Positions 42,785 through 52,295 of a stretch of DNA of 64,000 nt are shown piece after piece. The position numbers were made by a program, and so were the translations under genes. Source of the DNA: a candidate division WOR-3 bacterium (GTDB taxonomy: Bacteria > Hydrothermota > Tepidihabitantia > Tepidihabitantales > Tepidihabitantaceae); the NCBI GenBank assembly GCA_965648905.1, contig CBFGIT010000003.1, positions 32,001 through 96,000 of the forward strand. Reading direction: 5' to 3'. Numbering within the stretch: position 1 is the stretch's first letter; the number at the start of each line of letters is the position of its first letter. Below the pieces are notes generated by a model, which did no database searches, was not told the origin of the DNA, and was given only the letters and a program-made list of their open reading frames with translations.

Positions 42785-43435
42785 GTGCGACTAGCTATCG
42801 CGTTCGCGTCCGTACTGCTCTTTGCCTGCGGCAGCCGCAGCGCGAAGCTGCGCGCCCAACTGGCCGACCCTGACCCTGACGTGCGCATCACTGCGGCCAA
42901 AGCTTTGGGCGAAGCCCGGGACACCGCCGCGGTGATGAAACTGGTCGAGATGCTCAAGGACTCGATCCCTGACGTCCGCAAAGAAGCAGCCCGAGCTCTG
43001 GGCAGAATCGGCGACCGACGCGCGGCCCGACCTTTGGCCGACTTCTACGAGCAGGAAAGAATCGAGGACGTAGCCGATGCTGGAGCGCGGGCTCTGCTTA
43101 GCCTCGGTCATGCTGCGGTTGATGAGTTCATCCGCCTGACCCGCTCATTCCGGCCCGGCATCCGGGCCGGTGCGGCGCGCGGTCTGGGCAGACTCGGCAG
43201 CCGGGCCGGAGTGGACCCGCTCATTCGGCTCCTCGACGACCGTGAAGAAGACGTTCGAATTGCCGCGATTCACGGACTGCGTCAGATTGGTGACGCACGC
43301 GGGCTCGATGCAATCGCCCGCAAGGTCGCGGATGAAGACGAGGATGTCGAGTCTGCGGCCGAACGCGCGCTGAGCGGCCAGGGGTACGAAGAAGAGCTGA
43401 ACCGCACCCGTCGCATCGTCCGCCGCTTCCGCTGA
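42785..43435 (+). CDS. HEAT/PBS-lyase repeat lipoprotein
   Basis: Lipobox LFAC, repeated VR..AA.ALG.IGD. Promoter TTGACG-N17-TAGGAT (42749..42777) just before the GTG. Confidence 0.82.
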   Translation: MRLAIAFASVLLFACGSRSAKLRAQLADPDPDVRITAAKALGEARDTAAVMKLVEMLKDSIPDVRKEAARALGRIGDRRAARPLADFYEQERIEDVADAGARALLSLGHAAVDEFIRLTRSFRPGIRAGAARGLGRLGSRAGVDPLIRLLDDREEDVRIAAIHGLRQIGDARGLDAIARKVADEDEDVESAAERALSGQGYEEELNRTRRIVRRFR

Positions 43436-43441
43436 ACCGCG

Positions 43442-43993
43442 ATGACAGCCGGCAAACGGCAACGCACGACTATTGGCCGCTGGCTGTATCGCTGGCGCGC
43501 ACCGCTCGGCGTGCTCGGATATCTGGCTGCCCTTACTCTGAGTGATTTCTCAGTCACCGCGCTGGTCTTCGGTCTGCCGCTGGTCTTGTCGGGGCTGGTC
43601 CTGAGGTTCTGGGCCGCAGGTTACATCGGCTCGCACGGCCGGGGGAAGGAAATCCGGGTCGTTGAACTGGTGCAGCGCGGGCCATACCGTTGGACCGCCC
43701 ATCCATTGTATCTGGGCAACGGTCTACTGGTTGCTGGGGTGCTTGTGGCGCTTGCGCCGCCGTGGTGGCTGAGACTGGCCATCGTTGTGTTCTTTGTCAT
43801 CGAGTACTCGCTGATTGCGCAGGTCGAGAACGAGGAACTCCAGGCTTCGGTCTTAAGTCGGCAGACAGAAGTGGAAACGTGGCACATGCGTCGTGCCGTG
43901 GGCGAATGGCAGACCCTTGCCACCACAACTGCCGCCCTGCTGCTTGCTGCGTTCGTTGCCTGGCTCAAAGCCAGACCAGCCGTGCCTGCCTAG
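43442..43993 (+). CDS. ICMT/PEMT-family membrane methyltransferase
   Basis: LRFWAAGYI, LV.RGPYRWTAHPLYLGN, E..EL. Confidence 0.8.
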   Translation: MTAGKRQRTTIGRWLYRWRAPLGVLGYLAALTLSDFSVTALVFGLPLVLSGLVLRFWAAGYIGSHGRGKEIRVVELVQRGPYRWTAHPLYLGNGLLVAGVLVALAPPWWLRLAIVVFFVIEYSLIAQVENEELQASVLSRQTEVETWHMRRAVGEWQTLATTTAALLLAAFVAWLKARPAVPA

Positions 43994-45315
43994 CGCGGCA
44001 GAATCCTGAGTCTGGCGGTAAGTGAGACGGTCCGGTCCAGCTCAAGGTCGCGCACACGCGCGACAATCAGATAGCTGCCGGGCCGCAGGTTCATGGTGTG
44101 GAGCCGCTCGACCACTGTTGCCGAAGTGCCCGGTCCAGAGACAAACCGAGGCGGGGTGGCTGCAAACGCAAGCTGGCGGCTTGACTCCTCGATGAAGTCG
44201 TACTCAATCTGGAGCCGGTGCCGGCCACTCGAATCCTGGCCAAGGTTGTAGACCTGGTACAGAACATAGCACGTTCTTCCGCTCTCGATGCTCGGTTCGA
44301 CCATCGGCACGAGCCGCTGCCAGCCATGCCCGACAAACTGGGGGCTCTGGAAAGCCGAGTCGGCCAGTGAAAAGAATACCACGTCTGATGACAACTGAGC
44401 CCGTCGAACATAGTCGAGCAGGTTCAGCTCCCGGTTCACAACCGACCCTGCTCTGCCGTCAACGGTCACGGCTGAGACCCGGACTGTGTAGACGTCGACC
44501 GGCAGGACCAATGCCTCACGACCAACCGCCAGCCTCGAGCCCACGCTCTCTTCCGGCACCGACGTGCCCAACCAGGAAGCGACTGTCCGGCGTGCGCCTT
44601 TGCCCCGCGGCACGAACTCAGCAGCAAGATGGATTAGCGGCTGCGACCGGCCGAAAAGCCGCGCCAGTTTGGCAAGCGGTACGCCAAAGTGCAGCTCGAC
44701 CTGAACCGAGTCGTCCTTCTGACCAAGGCGGCCCAGCGCGACCGCCAGATTCAACTGCTCGGCACCCGCGTTCAACTGAGGCGGAGTTCGGCCCAGGTCA
44801 ACCGGTTCAAGCGCCGGCATCGTGACGCGCGGCCCAAACTCCGAGCTGCCCACAGCCCGGTAAGCAACACCGGTCTTGACATAATCGAACTGCAGCCCAA
44901 GGCTGTCGTAGGTCCATACCTCTGCTGCTGGAACCACGACGGTGAGTGACTCGGTACGGGTCGTCTTCGGCTCAAAGACCTCACGCCGGGCCGGGCCGAA
45001 CCTGATGTAGGTCTGAACCCGCTCATCACCGAACAGGTCAAGCTGCCCGTAGAATCTCCGGGCCTGAACTGCTCTCTCCTGATACAGGCTGCGGTCTGCG
45101 GCAAAGGGCGACTGCTTCCAGAACCAGCTAAGGTAGTCGGCCCGGCCCGCCTTTGTTCCTGCTGTCAGATAGGCTGCGCCTGCCTCAGGCGCGATGCTCG
45201 CAAGGATGACGTACTCAAGCTTCTCGGCATCAGCCAGCGCATCACCAGGCGTGAGGGTCTTGACCTGAGAGCAGGCAAAGGCCAGCAGCCAGCAGACGCT
45301 GGGTAGTACGCGCAT
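43990..45315 (-). CDS. Lipoprotein with a degenerate GWxTD-like N-terminal domain
   Basis: Lipobox LAFAC, FW, ER...A, D.R..TYIRFGP, EVWTY. Ig-like C-terminus. Confidence 0.55.
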   Translation of the reverse strand: MRVLPSVCWLLAFACSQVKTLTPGDALADAEKLEYVILASIAPEAGAAYLTAGTKAGRADYLSWFWKQSPFAADRSLYQERAVQARRFYGQLDLFGDERVQTYIRFGPARREVFEPKTTRTESLTVVVPAAEVWTYDSLGLQFDYVKTGVAYRAVGSSEFGPRVTMPALEPVDLGRTPPQLNAGAEQLNLAVALGRLGQKDDSVQVELHFGVPLAKLARLFGRSQPLIHLAAEFVPRGKGARRTVASWLGTSVPEESVGSRLAVGREALVLPVDVYTVRVSAVTVDGRAGSVVNRELNLLDYVRRAQLSSDVVFFSLADSAFQSPQFVGHGWQRLVPMVEPSIESGRTCYVLYQVYNLGQDSSGRHRLQIEYDFIEESSRQLAFAATPPRFVSGPGTSATVVERLHTMNLRPGSYLIVARVRDLELDRTVSLTARLRILPR

Positions 45316-45330
45316 CACTAGTCGGCGCAG

Positions 45331-47037
45331 CTATTCAAGCATCGGGATTCTGATGCCATGCTCTCGCGCCACCTCTCGCGCGTCTTCATACCCGGCATCA
45401 GCATGGCGGCAGATTCCAGTGCCCGGGTCGTTCGTCAGCACGCGCTTCAGGCGCTCGTCCATCTCGGGCGTGCCGTCACAAACAATCACCTGACCAGCGT
45501 GGATTGAGTAGCCGATACCAACCCCACCGCCATGATGGATTGAAACCCAGGATGCACCGGACGCAACATTGAGCATCGCATTGAGCAGCGGCCAGTCTGC
45601 CACTGCGTCCGAACCGTCCAGCATCGCCTCGGTCTCGCGGTTCGGCGATGCGACCGAGCCGGTATCAAGATGGTCCCGGCCGATAACAATCGGCGCCTTG
45701 ATTCGGCCCTCGCGCACGGCTCGATTGAACGCCAGCCCGGCTCGTTCCCGCTCGCCGTACCCGAGCCAGCAAATTCGGGCCGGCAGCCCCTGAAAAGGTA
45801 TTGCCTCGCCTGCTTTCTTCAGCCAGTTGAGTAGCGGTCGGTTGTCCGGGAACAACTCGGCAACAATCCGGTCAGTCTCAGCGATGTCTGCCGGGTCACC
45901 AGAGAGCGCGACCCAGCGAAACGGCCCCTTGCCCTGGCAGAACAGGGGCCGAATGTACGCCGGAACAAAACCCGGATACTTCCATGACCCGACCTTGCCC
46001 GGAGTCCTGATTTCTGCCTCAGGCAGAAGCCCGCCCTCGACCGCCTTGCCCCGCAGATTGTTGCCGTAGTCGAAAGTCACTGCTCCCATCGACTGAAGTC
46101 TAAGCATCAACCGGACGTGCTCAGCCATGGTCTGGTACGAGGCTTGGCGGTATGCGGCCGGGTCTGCCTGACGGAGTCTTAGCGCCTGCTCAAAAGACAT
46201 CCCAACCGGCACGTACCCGTTCAGCTCGTCATGGGCTGATGTCTGGTCTGTAAGGATGTCAGGCACAACCTGGCGGCTGACCAGACGCTTGAGCAGGTCC
46301 ACAATGTTTCCGCACCAGGCAACCGACCATGCCTGACGTCTTGCCTTCATATCCAGCGCACGGTCAATCGCCCTGTCCAGGTCATCAATCCGTTCGTCAA
46401 GATAGCGCGGTTTCTGGCTTGCCATCCGGCGTGCTATCCGGCTCGGGTCAACCTCAGCGCCAAGATAAGCTGCACCGGCCATGGTTGCAGCCAGGGGCTG
46501 GGCTCCGCTCATCCCGCCCAGACCGCCTGAGACGACCAGCCGGCCCGAAAGGTCACCTGACCCAAAGTGCCTCACGCCCGCCGCCACGAATGTCTCGTAT
46601 GTCCCCTGCAGGATTCCCTGAGTCCCGATATAAATCCACGACCCGGCGGTCATCTGACCGTACATCATCAGACCGGCCTGTTCCAGCTCATCAAAGTACG
46701 GCTTGGTCGCCCAGTGCGGTACGAGATTGGAATTGGCAATCAGCACGCGCGGTGCGTGCGGCGCAGTACGGAACACGCCGACCGGCTTGCCTGACTGCAC
46801 CAGCATCGTCTCGTCGTTTTCGAGCGAACGCAGCGTGCGTACCAGCGCATGAAAACAGTTCCAATTCCGGGCGGCGCGGCCGGTTCCGCCGTAGACTACG
46901 AGTTCCCTCGGATTCTCGGCTACCGACTCATCCAGATTGTTCATGAGCATCCGCAAGGCCGCCTCCTGATGCCAGCCCTTGCAGGACATGGTCAGGCCGC
47001 GCGGCGCGGTGACGGGTCGATATTCAGCGTTCGTCAT
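45331..47037 (-). CDS. hutU: Urocanate hydratase
   Basis: [52 protein letters not shown]. Confidence 0.97.
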   Translation of the reverse strand: MTNAEYRPVTAPRGLTMSCKGWHQEAALRMLMNNLDESVAENPRELVVYGGTGRAARNWNCFHALVRTLRSLENDETMLVQSGKPVGVFRTAPHAPRVLIANSNLVPHWATKPYFDELEQAGLMMYGQMTAGSWIYIGTQGILQGTYETFVAAGVRHFGSGDLSGRLVVSGGLGGMSGAQPLAATMAGAAYLGAEVDPSRIARRMASQKPRYLDERIDDLDRAIDRALDMKARRQAWSVAWCGNIVDLLKRLVSRQVVPDILTDQTSAHDELNGYVPVGMSFEQALRLRQADPAAYRQASYQTMAEHVRLMLRLQSMGAVTFDYGNNLRGKAVEGGLLPEAEIRTPGKVGSWKYPGFVPAYIRPLFCQGKGPFRWVALSGDPADIAETDRIVAELFPDNRPLLNWLKKAGEAIPFQGLPARICWLGYGERERAGLAFNRAVREGRIKAPIVIGRDHLDTGSVASPNRETEAMLDGSDAVADWPLLNAMLNVASGASWVSIHHGGGVGIGYSIHAGQVIVCDGTPEMDERLKRVLTNDPGTGICRHADAGYEDAREVAREHGIRIPMLE

Positions 47038-47262
47038 CAGTGATACCTCGACAGATGATAGACAGCGCCCAGGTCAATGCAAGCCGGACGAAACCGCTTG
47101 ACCGGTCCCCCGGTCATCACTCCTCGCCAACTCCTTTGCTTGACAGCACGTCTGGTTTCGGTTAAATCATGTCCAATTGACTGCTGCCGGTCCGGTCGGC
47201 TGTGGCCGCGCCGCCGGTCTGCTGGCTGGTCAACAGAGCAAGACCGAGCTTAAGGAGGTTTG

Positions 47263-48249
47263 ATGCACTCGACGTTTGATGAAGGTAAGCGGAAACGCAG
47301 TGGCAACAGAAGCCTGGCCTTAGTGCTGGTGCTGGCTGTTGTCGCCCTGGCAGTTGTGATTGTCGTGCTAGTAGCCAAGTCCGGTGACGGTCGGACGGTC
47401 AAAGTGCCGGAATTGAAAGGCAAGGACATGACTGCGGCAGCCGAGCTTGCCGCCAAGAGCAGTCTTGTTGTCAAAGAACAAGCTCGGGTGAAGCACGACA
47501 CTGTGCCGGTTGGATGCGTTGTTACCCAAGTTCCAGACCCAGGCACCAAGGTTGAGAAAAACGACACTATCTTGGTGACGGTCAGCCGGGGCCGGATGAG
47601 CAATGTCCCGGCTCTGGCCGGGTTCAAGAAAGACGATGCACCCGCCGAACTGGGCCGGGCTGGGCTGTCTTTGGGCAAGGTGAGCGTGGCCTCGTCGAAC
47701 GAGTTCCCGGCGGGCAGAATCATCAGCACGAGTCCGGAACCGGGAACTGAGGTCGAGCCAGACAGGCCGGTGGACATTGTTGTCAGTTCCGGGCCCAAGG
47801 TCGTGCCGCCACCGCAGGTTCCGACGTCGTTCCTCCGACCCGGGATGCGGCTTTCGTCAGTCGAGTTGAAAGAGCCGGACAGCCGCGGGTTCAACCTCGC
47901 AGTCGGGGTCGAGGTCGACAATCCCAATGCCATTGCCGGCGCAGTCAAAGGCTTCTACTACAAGCTCGAGGTTGACACCTTCTTCCTGGGCGACGGAAAG
48001 TATCTCTGCAACGTACCACTGAACCCGAACGAGAAGACGCAGGTATCGATTCTTGTCAACATCCGGCATGACCATATCGGTCCGGCCGCGGTCGCGCTCC
48101 TACGTCAGGGTGCGGTTGACTACCGCGTCCGCGGCTACTACGTCCTTGAGGCCCAGGGCGGCCGCTCATTCGAGTCCGTCTCCGCAAGCGGAACCTTCAA
48201 CCTTGCCGACAAACTCGGGCCGTATCTGAGGAGGATCTATGGCAACTGA
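47263..48249 (+). CDS. Membrane-anchored 2xPASTA + LEA_2 domain protein
   Basis: N-terminal TM, two VP.L.G...G.V/II.Q/T.P.PG..V...VS.G PASTA repeats, V.NPN LEA_2 motif. AAGGAGG RBS. Confidence 0.8.
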   Translation: MHSTFDEGKRKRSGNRSLALVLVLAVVALAVVIVVLVAKSGDGRTVKVPELKGKDMTAAAELAAKSSLVVKEQARVKHDTVPVGCVVTQVPDPGTKVEKNDTILVTVSRGRMSNVPALAGFKKDDAPAELGRAGLSLGKVSVASSNEFPAGRIISTSPEPGTEVEPDRPVDIVVSSGPKVVPPPQVPTSFLRPGMRLSSVELKEPDSRGFNLAVGVEVDNPNAIAGAVKGFYYKLEVDTFFLGDGKYLCNVPLNPNEKTQVSILVNIRHDHIGPAAVALLRQGAVDYRVRGYYVLEAQGGRSFESVSASGTFNLADKLGPYLRRIYGN

Positions 48250-48736
48250 AGATACTCGTTGCTCATCACTCATGACTCCTCACTCATCACTCATCTTCCT
48301 CTGCTCATTACTCATCGCTCTGTCTCTTTTCACCGGCTGTGCCACGCTGATGAGGGGTACAGCCGGTGCTATCCTGCTGCAGATGGCGCCGATCGGGCTC
48401 GAGCTCTTCGAGCTGCCGGCCAAGCTCGACCTGAAGGTCACCAACCCGTACCCGGTCAACGTCCGCATCTCCAACGTCAAGTACGAGGTGCTGATTGAGG
48501 GCAGGTCTATTGCCCGGGGCGAGCAGGCGAGTGAAACCATCGTACCCAAGGAAGGCTCGGTCGTGCTCTCAGTACCGCTGTCCATCAGTGCCGGTGAGGC
48601 GCTCTCCGGCATCAAGACCACACTGACCCGGCGCGGGGTCAAGTACCAGGTACGCGGCTCCTACACGGTTGCGTCTGAAACCGAGAGCGAGTTCCGGGTT
48701 TCGTCGCTTCTGAAACCGCTGCTCAGGCGAAAGTGA
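48239..48736 (+). CDS. LEA type 2 family lipoprotein
   Basis: Lipobox FTGC, LKVTNPYP, Y.V.I.G..IA.G, YQVRGS. Confidence 0.75.
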   Translation: MATEDTRCSSLMTPHSSLIFLCSLLIALSLFTGCATLMRGTAGAILLQMAPIGLELFELPAKLDLKVTNPYPVNVRISNVKYEVLIEGRSIARGEQASETIVPKEGSVVLSVPLSISAGEALSGIKTTLTRRGVKYQVRGSYTVASETESEFRVSSLLKPLLRRK

Positions 48737-48772
48737 AATGAGCATACCCGGGCGGGCGACAAGTTGTCGGCC

Positions 48773-50122
48773 ATGATTGGTTCAACTGTCGGGGACTACC
48801 GTGTCACCGAGAAGCTCGGGGCCGGTGGGTTCGGCGTTGTGTACAAGGCCGTGCACCGCATGTTGGAACAGGAAGTCGCCATCAAGACCCTGGACCCGAT
48901 TCTCACCCGCGACCCCAAGTTCCGCCAGCGGTTCTTTGACGAGGCCCGGACCCAGGCCCGGCTCAAGCACCCGAACATCGTCGTACTGCACAACTTCTTC
49001 GAGTACGACGGCCAGTACTTCATCGTGATGGAATACGTCGAGGGCGTGAATCTGGCCGGCGGCCAGTTCGCCCGCACCCTTTCCGACCTCATCAAGCCGG
49101 GCCCGATTCCGGAACCACGAATCATCGCCATTGCCCGCCAGATTCTCGACGGTGTAGGCTGTGCCCACGAACACGGCGTGCTCCACCGCGACATCAAGCC
49201 CCTGAACGTTCTCCTGACCGAGAAAGGGCTGGTCAAGATTGCCGACTTCGGCATCGCCAAGATTGTCGGTGGCGACACGAGCGTATCGGTCTCAGGCACG
49301 CGGGTCGGCACTGCGCCTTACATGTCGCCCGAACAGGTACTGAACGAACCGCTCACCCGCGCGTCAGACATCTACTCTCTCGGCATCACCCTGTATGAGA
49401 TGGCCGTAGGCGAAATTCCGTTCAAGGCAACCTCGACCGAGTCGATTGAGAAACAACACCTGTACGCGCCGCCGCCGCCCCTGCGCAAACGCAACCCTTG
49501 GATTTCCGAGAACTTCGAAGCCGTGGTCCTCAAGGCACTGGCCAAGAAGCCGGAGGAACGGTTCCAGACCTGCGAAGAGTTTTCTGCCGCTCTTGAGGGA
49601 AGAGGCACGGCACCGCAGCCGCGACCTGTGTCTCAACTCGAAGTCACCCGGCCCGAGCCGCCTGCGCCGCGCTCTGAGCTGAGTACTCCGCGCTCTTCGC
49701 CCGTCGATTCTCGCGACCCCGCATCCCGAAACCGCCGTCGGGCCGGGTTGTACATCGGACTGGCAGCAGCAGCTATTGCCGCAGCCGTGGGCATTGGCCT
49801 GCTGCTCAGGCCGAAGCAGGCGCCACTGCCAGAGTCGGGGCCGGCCCGCGTCGAGATGCCCGAGCTTGCCGGCATGGCACTTGCGGACGTGCAGGATGCA
49901 GTACGGCAAAGAGGACTGGTTCTGGTCGGGGTAGACAGCATTCTGACTGACGACGTTGCCAAAGGCAGGGTCGTTTCCTTTTCGCCGGGTGCCGGCACCA
50001 GTGTCATGCGGGGCGACTCAGTACGCATCACCTATTCCTGGGGTCGCAAGACCTGTCCGGACTGCAGCACCCCCCGAAACAAGACTGCCCGATTCTGCAC
50101 CAAGTGCGGGTACAAGTTCTAG
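48773..50122 (+). CDS. Hanks-type Ser/Thr kinase with TM, PASTA and C-terminal zinc ribbon
   Basis: GAGGFG, VAIK, HRDIKPLN, DFG, GT.PYMSPEQ, TM, PASTA, CPDC...FCTKCG. Confidence 0.92.
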   Translation: MIGSTVGDYRVTEKLGAGGFGVVYKAVHRMLEQEVAIKTLDPILTRDPKFRQRFFDEARTQARLKHPNIVVLHNFFEYDGQYFIVMEYVEGVNLAGGQFARTLSDLIKPGPIPEPRIIAIARQILDGVGCAHEHGVLHRDIKPLNVLLTEKGLVKIADFGIAKIVGGDTSVSVSGTRVGTAPYMSPEQVLNEPLTRASDIYSLGITLYEMAVGEIPFKATSTESIEKQHLYAPPPPLRKRNPWISENFEAVVLKALAKKPEERFQTCEEFSAALEGRGTAPQPRPVSQLEVTRPEPPAPRSELSTPRSSPVDSRDPASRNRRRAGLYIGLAAAAIAAAVGIGLLLRPKQAPLPESGPARVEMPELAGMALADVQDAVRQRGLVLVGVDSILTDDVAKGRVVSFSPGAGTSVMRGDSVRITYSWGRKTCPDCSTPRNKTARFCTKCGYKF

Positions 50123-50132
50123 CGATGAACCG

Positions 50133-50167
50133 CTGACGGCTCACAGCCGACAGCCTACAGCAATCAG
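50133..50167 (+). repeat. Heptamer array (CnnACAG-like x5)
   Basis: ctgacgg ctcacag ccgacag cctacag caatcag. Confidence 0.7.
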
Positions 50168-50227
50168 CGAATGCCCTCTCCCTCGACGGGCGCTGCGCCA
50201 GCTACGCGCCGGGTCGTCTGCTTCCTG

Positions 50228-50255
50228 TTGACACGGCACAGCAGTCAGCTACATT
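50228..50255 (+). promoter_or_regulatory. Promoter TTGACA-N16-TACATT, probably leaderless
   Basis: 6 nt separate the -10 box from the GTG at 50262. Confidence 0.55.
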
Positions 50256-50261
50256 TGACCG

Positions 50262-51776
50262 GTGCCGCAGACATATCCTGCTCCGCGCTCATCACCCGCT
50301 GCTCGTCGTTCATCCCTCGCTCATCGTCTTGTCCTCATCTCCCTTCACTCACTACTCATCACCCTCCTCCTTTTTTCGCTCGCCGCGAAGAAGTGCCCGC
50401 AGTGCGGCCGGGAGTACGACGACAGCCAGAACTTCTGCGCCGAGTGCGAGGATGCTGAAGGCAGGCCGGTGCGGCTCAGGGCCGTGCCGGCAAAGCCCAG
50501 GGAGAAACCGAAGGTGCAGGGAACCGTGATTCTGTCCGGCGACACCCTCGTTGTTTTGTCGACTCCGTCCGGTGCCGCAGTCAAGGTTGATGACCGGTAC
50601 GTGGGTAATACGCCGGACACTCTGGTCGGTCTGGGCCTCGAAGTGGGCGTGCACTCAATCCAACTGAGCGCACCCGGCCATACCGACTTCACGACCGAGC
50701 TCGAAGTCCGTCCGGTCGTACCGGTCGCAGGCCGGGTTCTTGCTGCTCCGGAAAGCCTGTTCTTCTTCTCCGAACCAGTCGGTGCCGAAGTGCTGCTCGA
50801 CGGCAGACCGGCAGGCAACACGCCGGACACTGCGGTCGGGCTCAAGCCGGGCAGGCACGTCGTGGTAATGAACCTGACCGGCTTCCTGCCCTGTACCACC
50901 GAGGTCGAGGTACCCTTGCCGGTCAAGGTCTTCCTCGGCCGAACCACTGCGGGCCACGAAGAGTGGCTCTGGCTCAAGGATTCGTCAGTAATGGTAAGAA
51001 TCCCGGCGGGCGAGTTTGAAATGGGCAGCGCAACGGCCGACGACCCACGTGACGAGCGACCCCTGCACCGGGTATACCTTGACGAGTACCTCATCGACAA
51101 GTACGAAGTCACCAACCACCAGTTCGAGAAGTTCGTGACCGAGACCGGATACAAGACCGAGGCTGAGAAAGCCGGCGTTGGCTGGTACTTTGTGACTCAG
51201 ACACCAAAATGGGAAGCAAGAAAAGGAATAAGCTGGCGGACTTTCTTCACGCCGGAAAGGAAAGACCATCCGGTCGTGCTCGTTTCGTGGAACGACGCCA
51301 GGGCCTACTGCGACTGGGCTGGCAAGAGACTGCCAACCGAGGCTGAGTGGGAAAAGGCAGCGCGTGGCACTGGTACGAGGACATTTCCCTGGGGTGAGGA
51401 ACCACCAGACGCAGGCGGTGTGAACCGGGTCAACTGGGGACGGGGCATGAGACGGGAAGACCTTCTCCGTGACGGCTACGAACATACTGCGCCGGTCGGT
51501 ACCTTCCCTGCCGGCTCGTCGCCTTATGGCTGCATGGACATGGCCGGCAATGCTCAGGAGTGGTGTAACGACTGGTACGACCCGGACTACTACAGCACCT
51601 CAAGAACCACAGGCCGGAATCCGGCCGGGCCGGACTCAGGCTCAGCCCGGGTCCTGCGCGGCGGCTCGGCCTACAGCCAGACAAACGAACTCCGCTGTGC
51701 CGACCGCTTCTTCTGCCCGCCTGCTGCTGCCTATGACATCATCGGGTTCCGCAGCGCAGCAGGCACTGCCAAGTGA
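50262..51776 (+). CDS. Zinc-ribbon + 2xPEGA + FGE-sulfatase (CLec) protein; not a current target of this DGR
   Basis: CPQC..FCAEC, two S.P.GA.V..D....G.TP PEGA motifs, IPAG.F.MG, KYEVTN, RLPTEAEWEKAARG, DMAGN, RVLRGG, GFR. Confidence 0.88.
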   Translation: MPQTYPAPRSSPAARRSSLAHRLVLISLHSLLITLLLFSLAAKKCPQCGREYDDSQNFCAECEDAEGRPVRLRAVPAKPREKPKVQGTVILSGDTLVVLSTPSGAAVKVDDRYVGNTPDTLVGLGLEVGVHSIQLSAPGHTDFTTELEVRPVVPVAGRVLAAPESLFFFSEPVGAEVLLDGRPAGNTPDTAVGLKPGRHVVVMNLTGFLPCTTEVEVPLPVKVFLGRTTAGHEEWLWLKDSSVMVRIPAGEFEMGSATADDPRDERPLHRVYLDEYLIDKYEVTNHQFEKFVTETGYKTEAEKAGVGWYFVTQTPKWEARKGISWRTFFTPERKDHPVVLVSWNDARAYCDWAGKRLPTEAEWEKAARGTGTRTFPWGEEPPDAGGVNRVNWGRGMRREDLLRDGYEHTAPVGTFPAGSSPYGCMDMAGNAQEWCNDWYDPDYYSTSRTTGRNPAGPDSGSARVLRGGSAYSQTNELRCADRFFCPPAAAYDIIGFRSAAGTAK

Positions 51777-52282
51777 AGTTCATTTCTCCCGCTCACGACC
51801 CATCGCCCTCGGCTCCTCGCTTCCCTCTCAGCACCCTCCATTCATTACTCATCACTCTCTTCTTCCTTTCCGGCTGCAATCTACTGCTCAAGCCGGCCGA
51901 GGTCGAGCTGGTCGGACTCGCGTTCTCGGGCGAGCGGGTGGTTGACTTAAGCGTCAGGATTCGCAACCCCAATGCAGTCGCAGTCCGGGCGTCAGAGGTG
52001 GAGTACACGGTAAACATCGGCCCAGAGGTCATCGGCCAAGGCAGGACATCTGAAGTCATCAAGCTTGGGCCCAGGGGCTCGGTGGTCACCCGGTTTCCGC
52101 TGAGCTATGACCTGGCAGCGATGGTGCGGGCCATACCGCAGCTTACCCGTGACACGGTTGTCTGCCAGGTGCAAGGCAGCTACCGGCTCGAAGCACTCCT
52201 GTTCCGCCCCAAGCTCAGGTTCGCAGTTGAACGGCGCGTGGCAGTGAAGCATGAGTTGCTCAACATCCTGAGAGGCAAATGA
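51773..52282 (+). CDS. LEA type 2 family lipoprotein
   Basis: Lipobox LSGC, VRIRNPN, EYTVNIG..IGQG. Confidence 0.75.
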   Translation: MKFISPAHDPSPSAPRFPLSTLHSLLITLFFLSGCNLLLKPAEVELVGLAFSGERVVDLSVRIRNPNAVAVRASEVEYTVNIGPEVIGQGRTSEVIKLGPRGSVVTRFPLSYDLAAMVRAIPQLTRDTVVCQVQGSYRLEALLFRPKLRFAVERRVAVKHELLNILRGK

Positions 52283-52295
52283 GACAGACAAGCAG

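Noticed and set aside
47140..47167. Promoter for the signalling cluster (TTGACA...TTAAAT)
   Set aside because: Perfect -35 but no -10 with the conserved TAnnnT at 16-18 bp. Plausible but not supportable.
51640..51776. Third VR of this DGR
   Set aside because: Numerous mismatches at non-adenine TR positions and no IMH/hairpin cassette.
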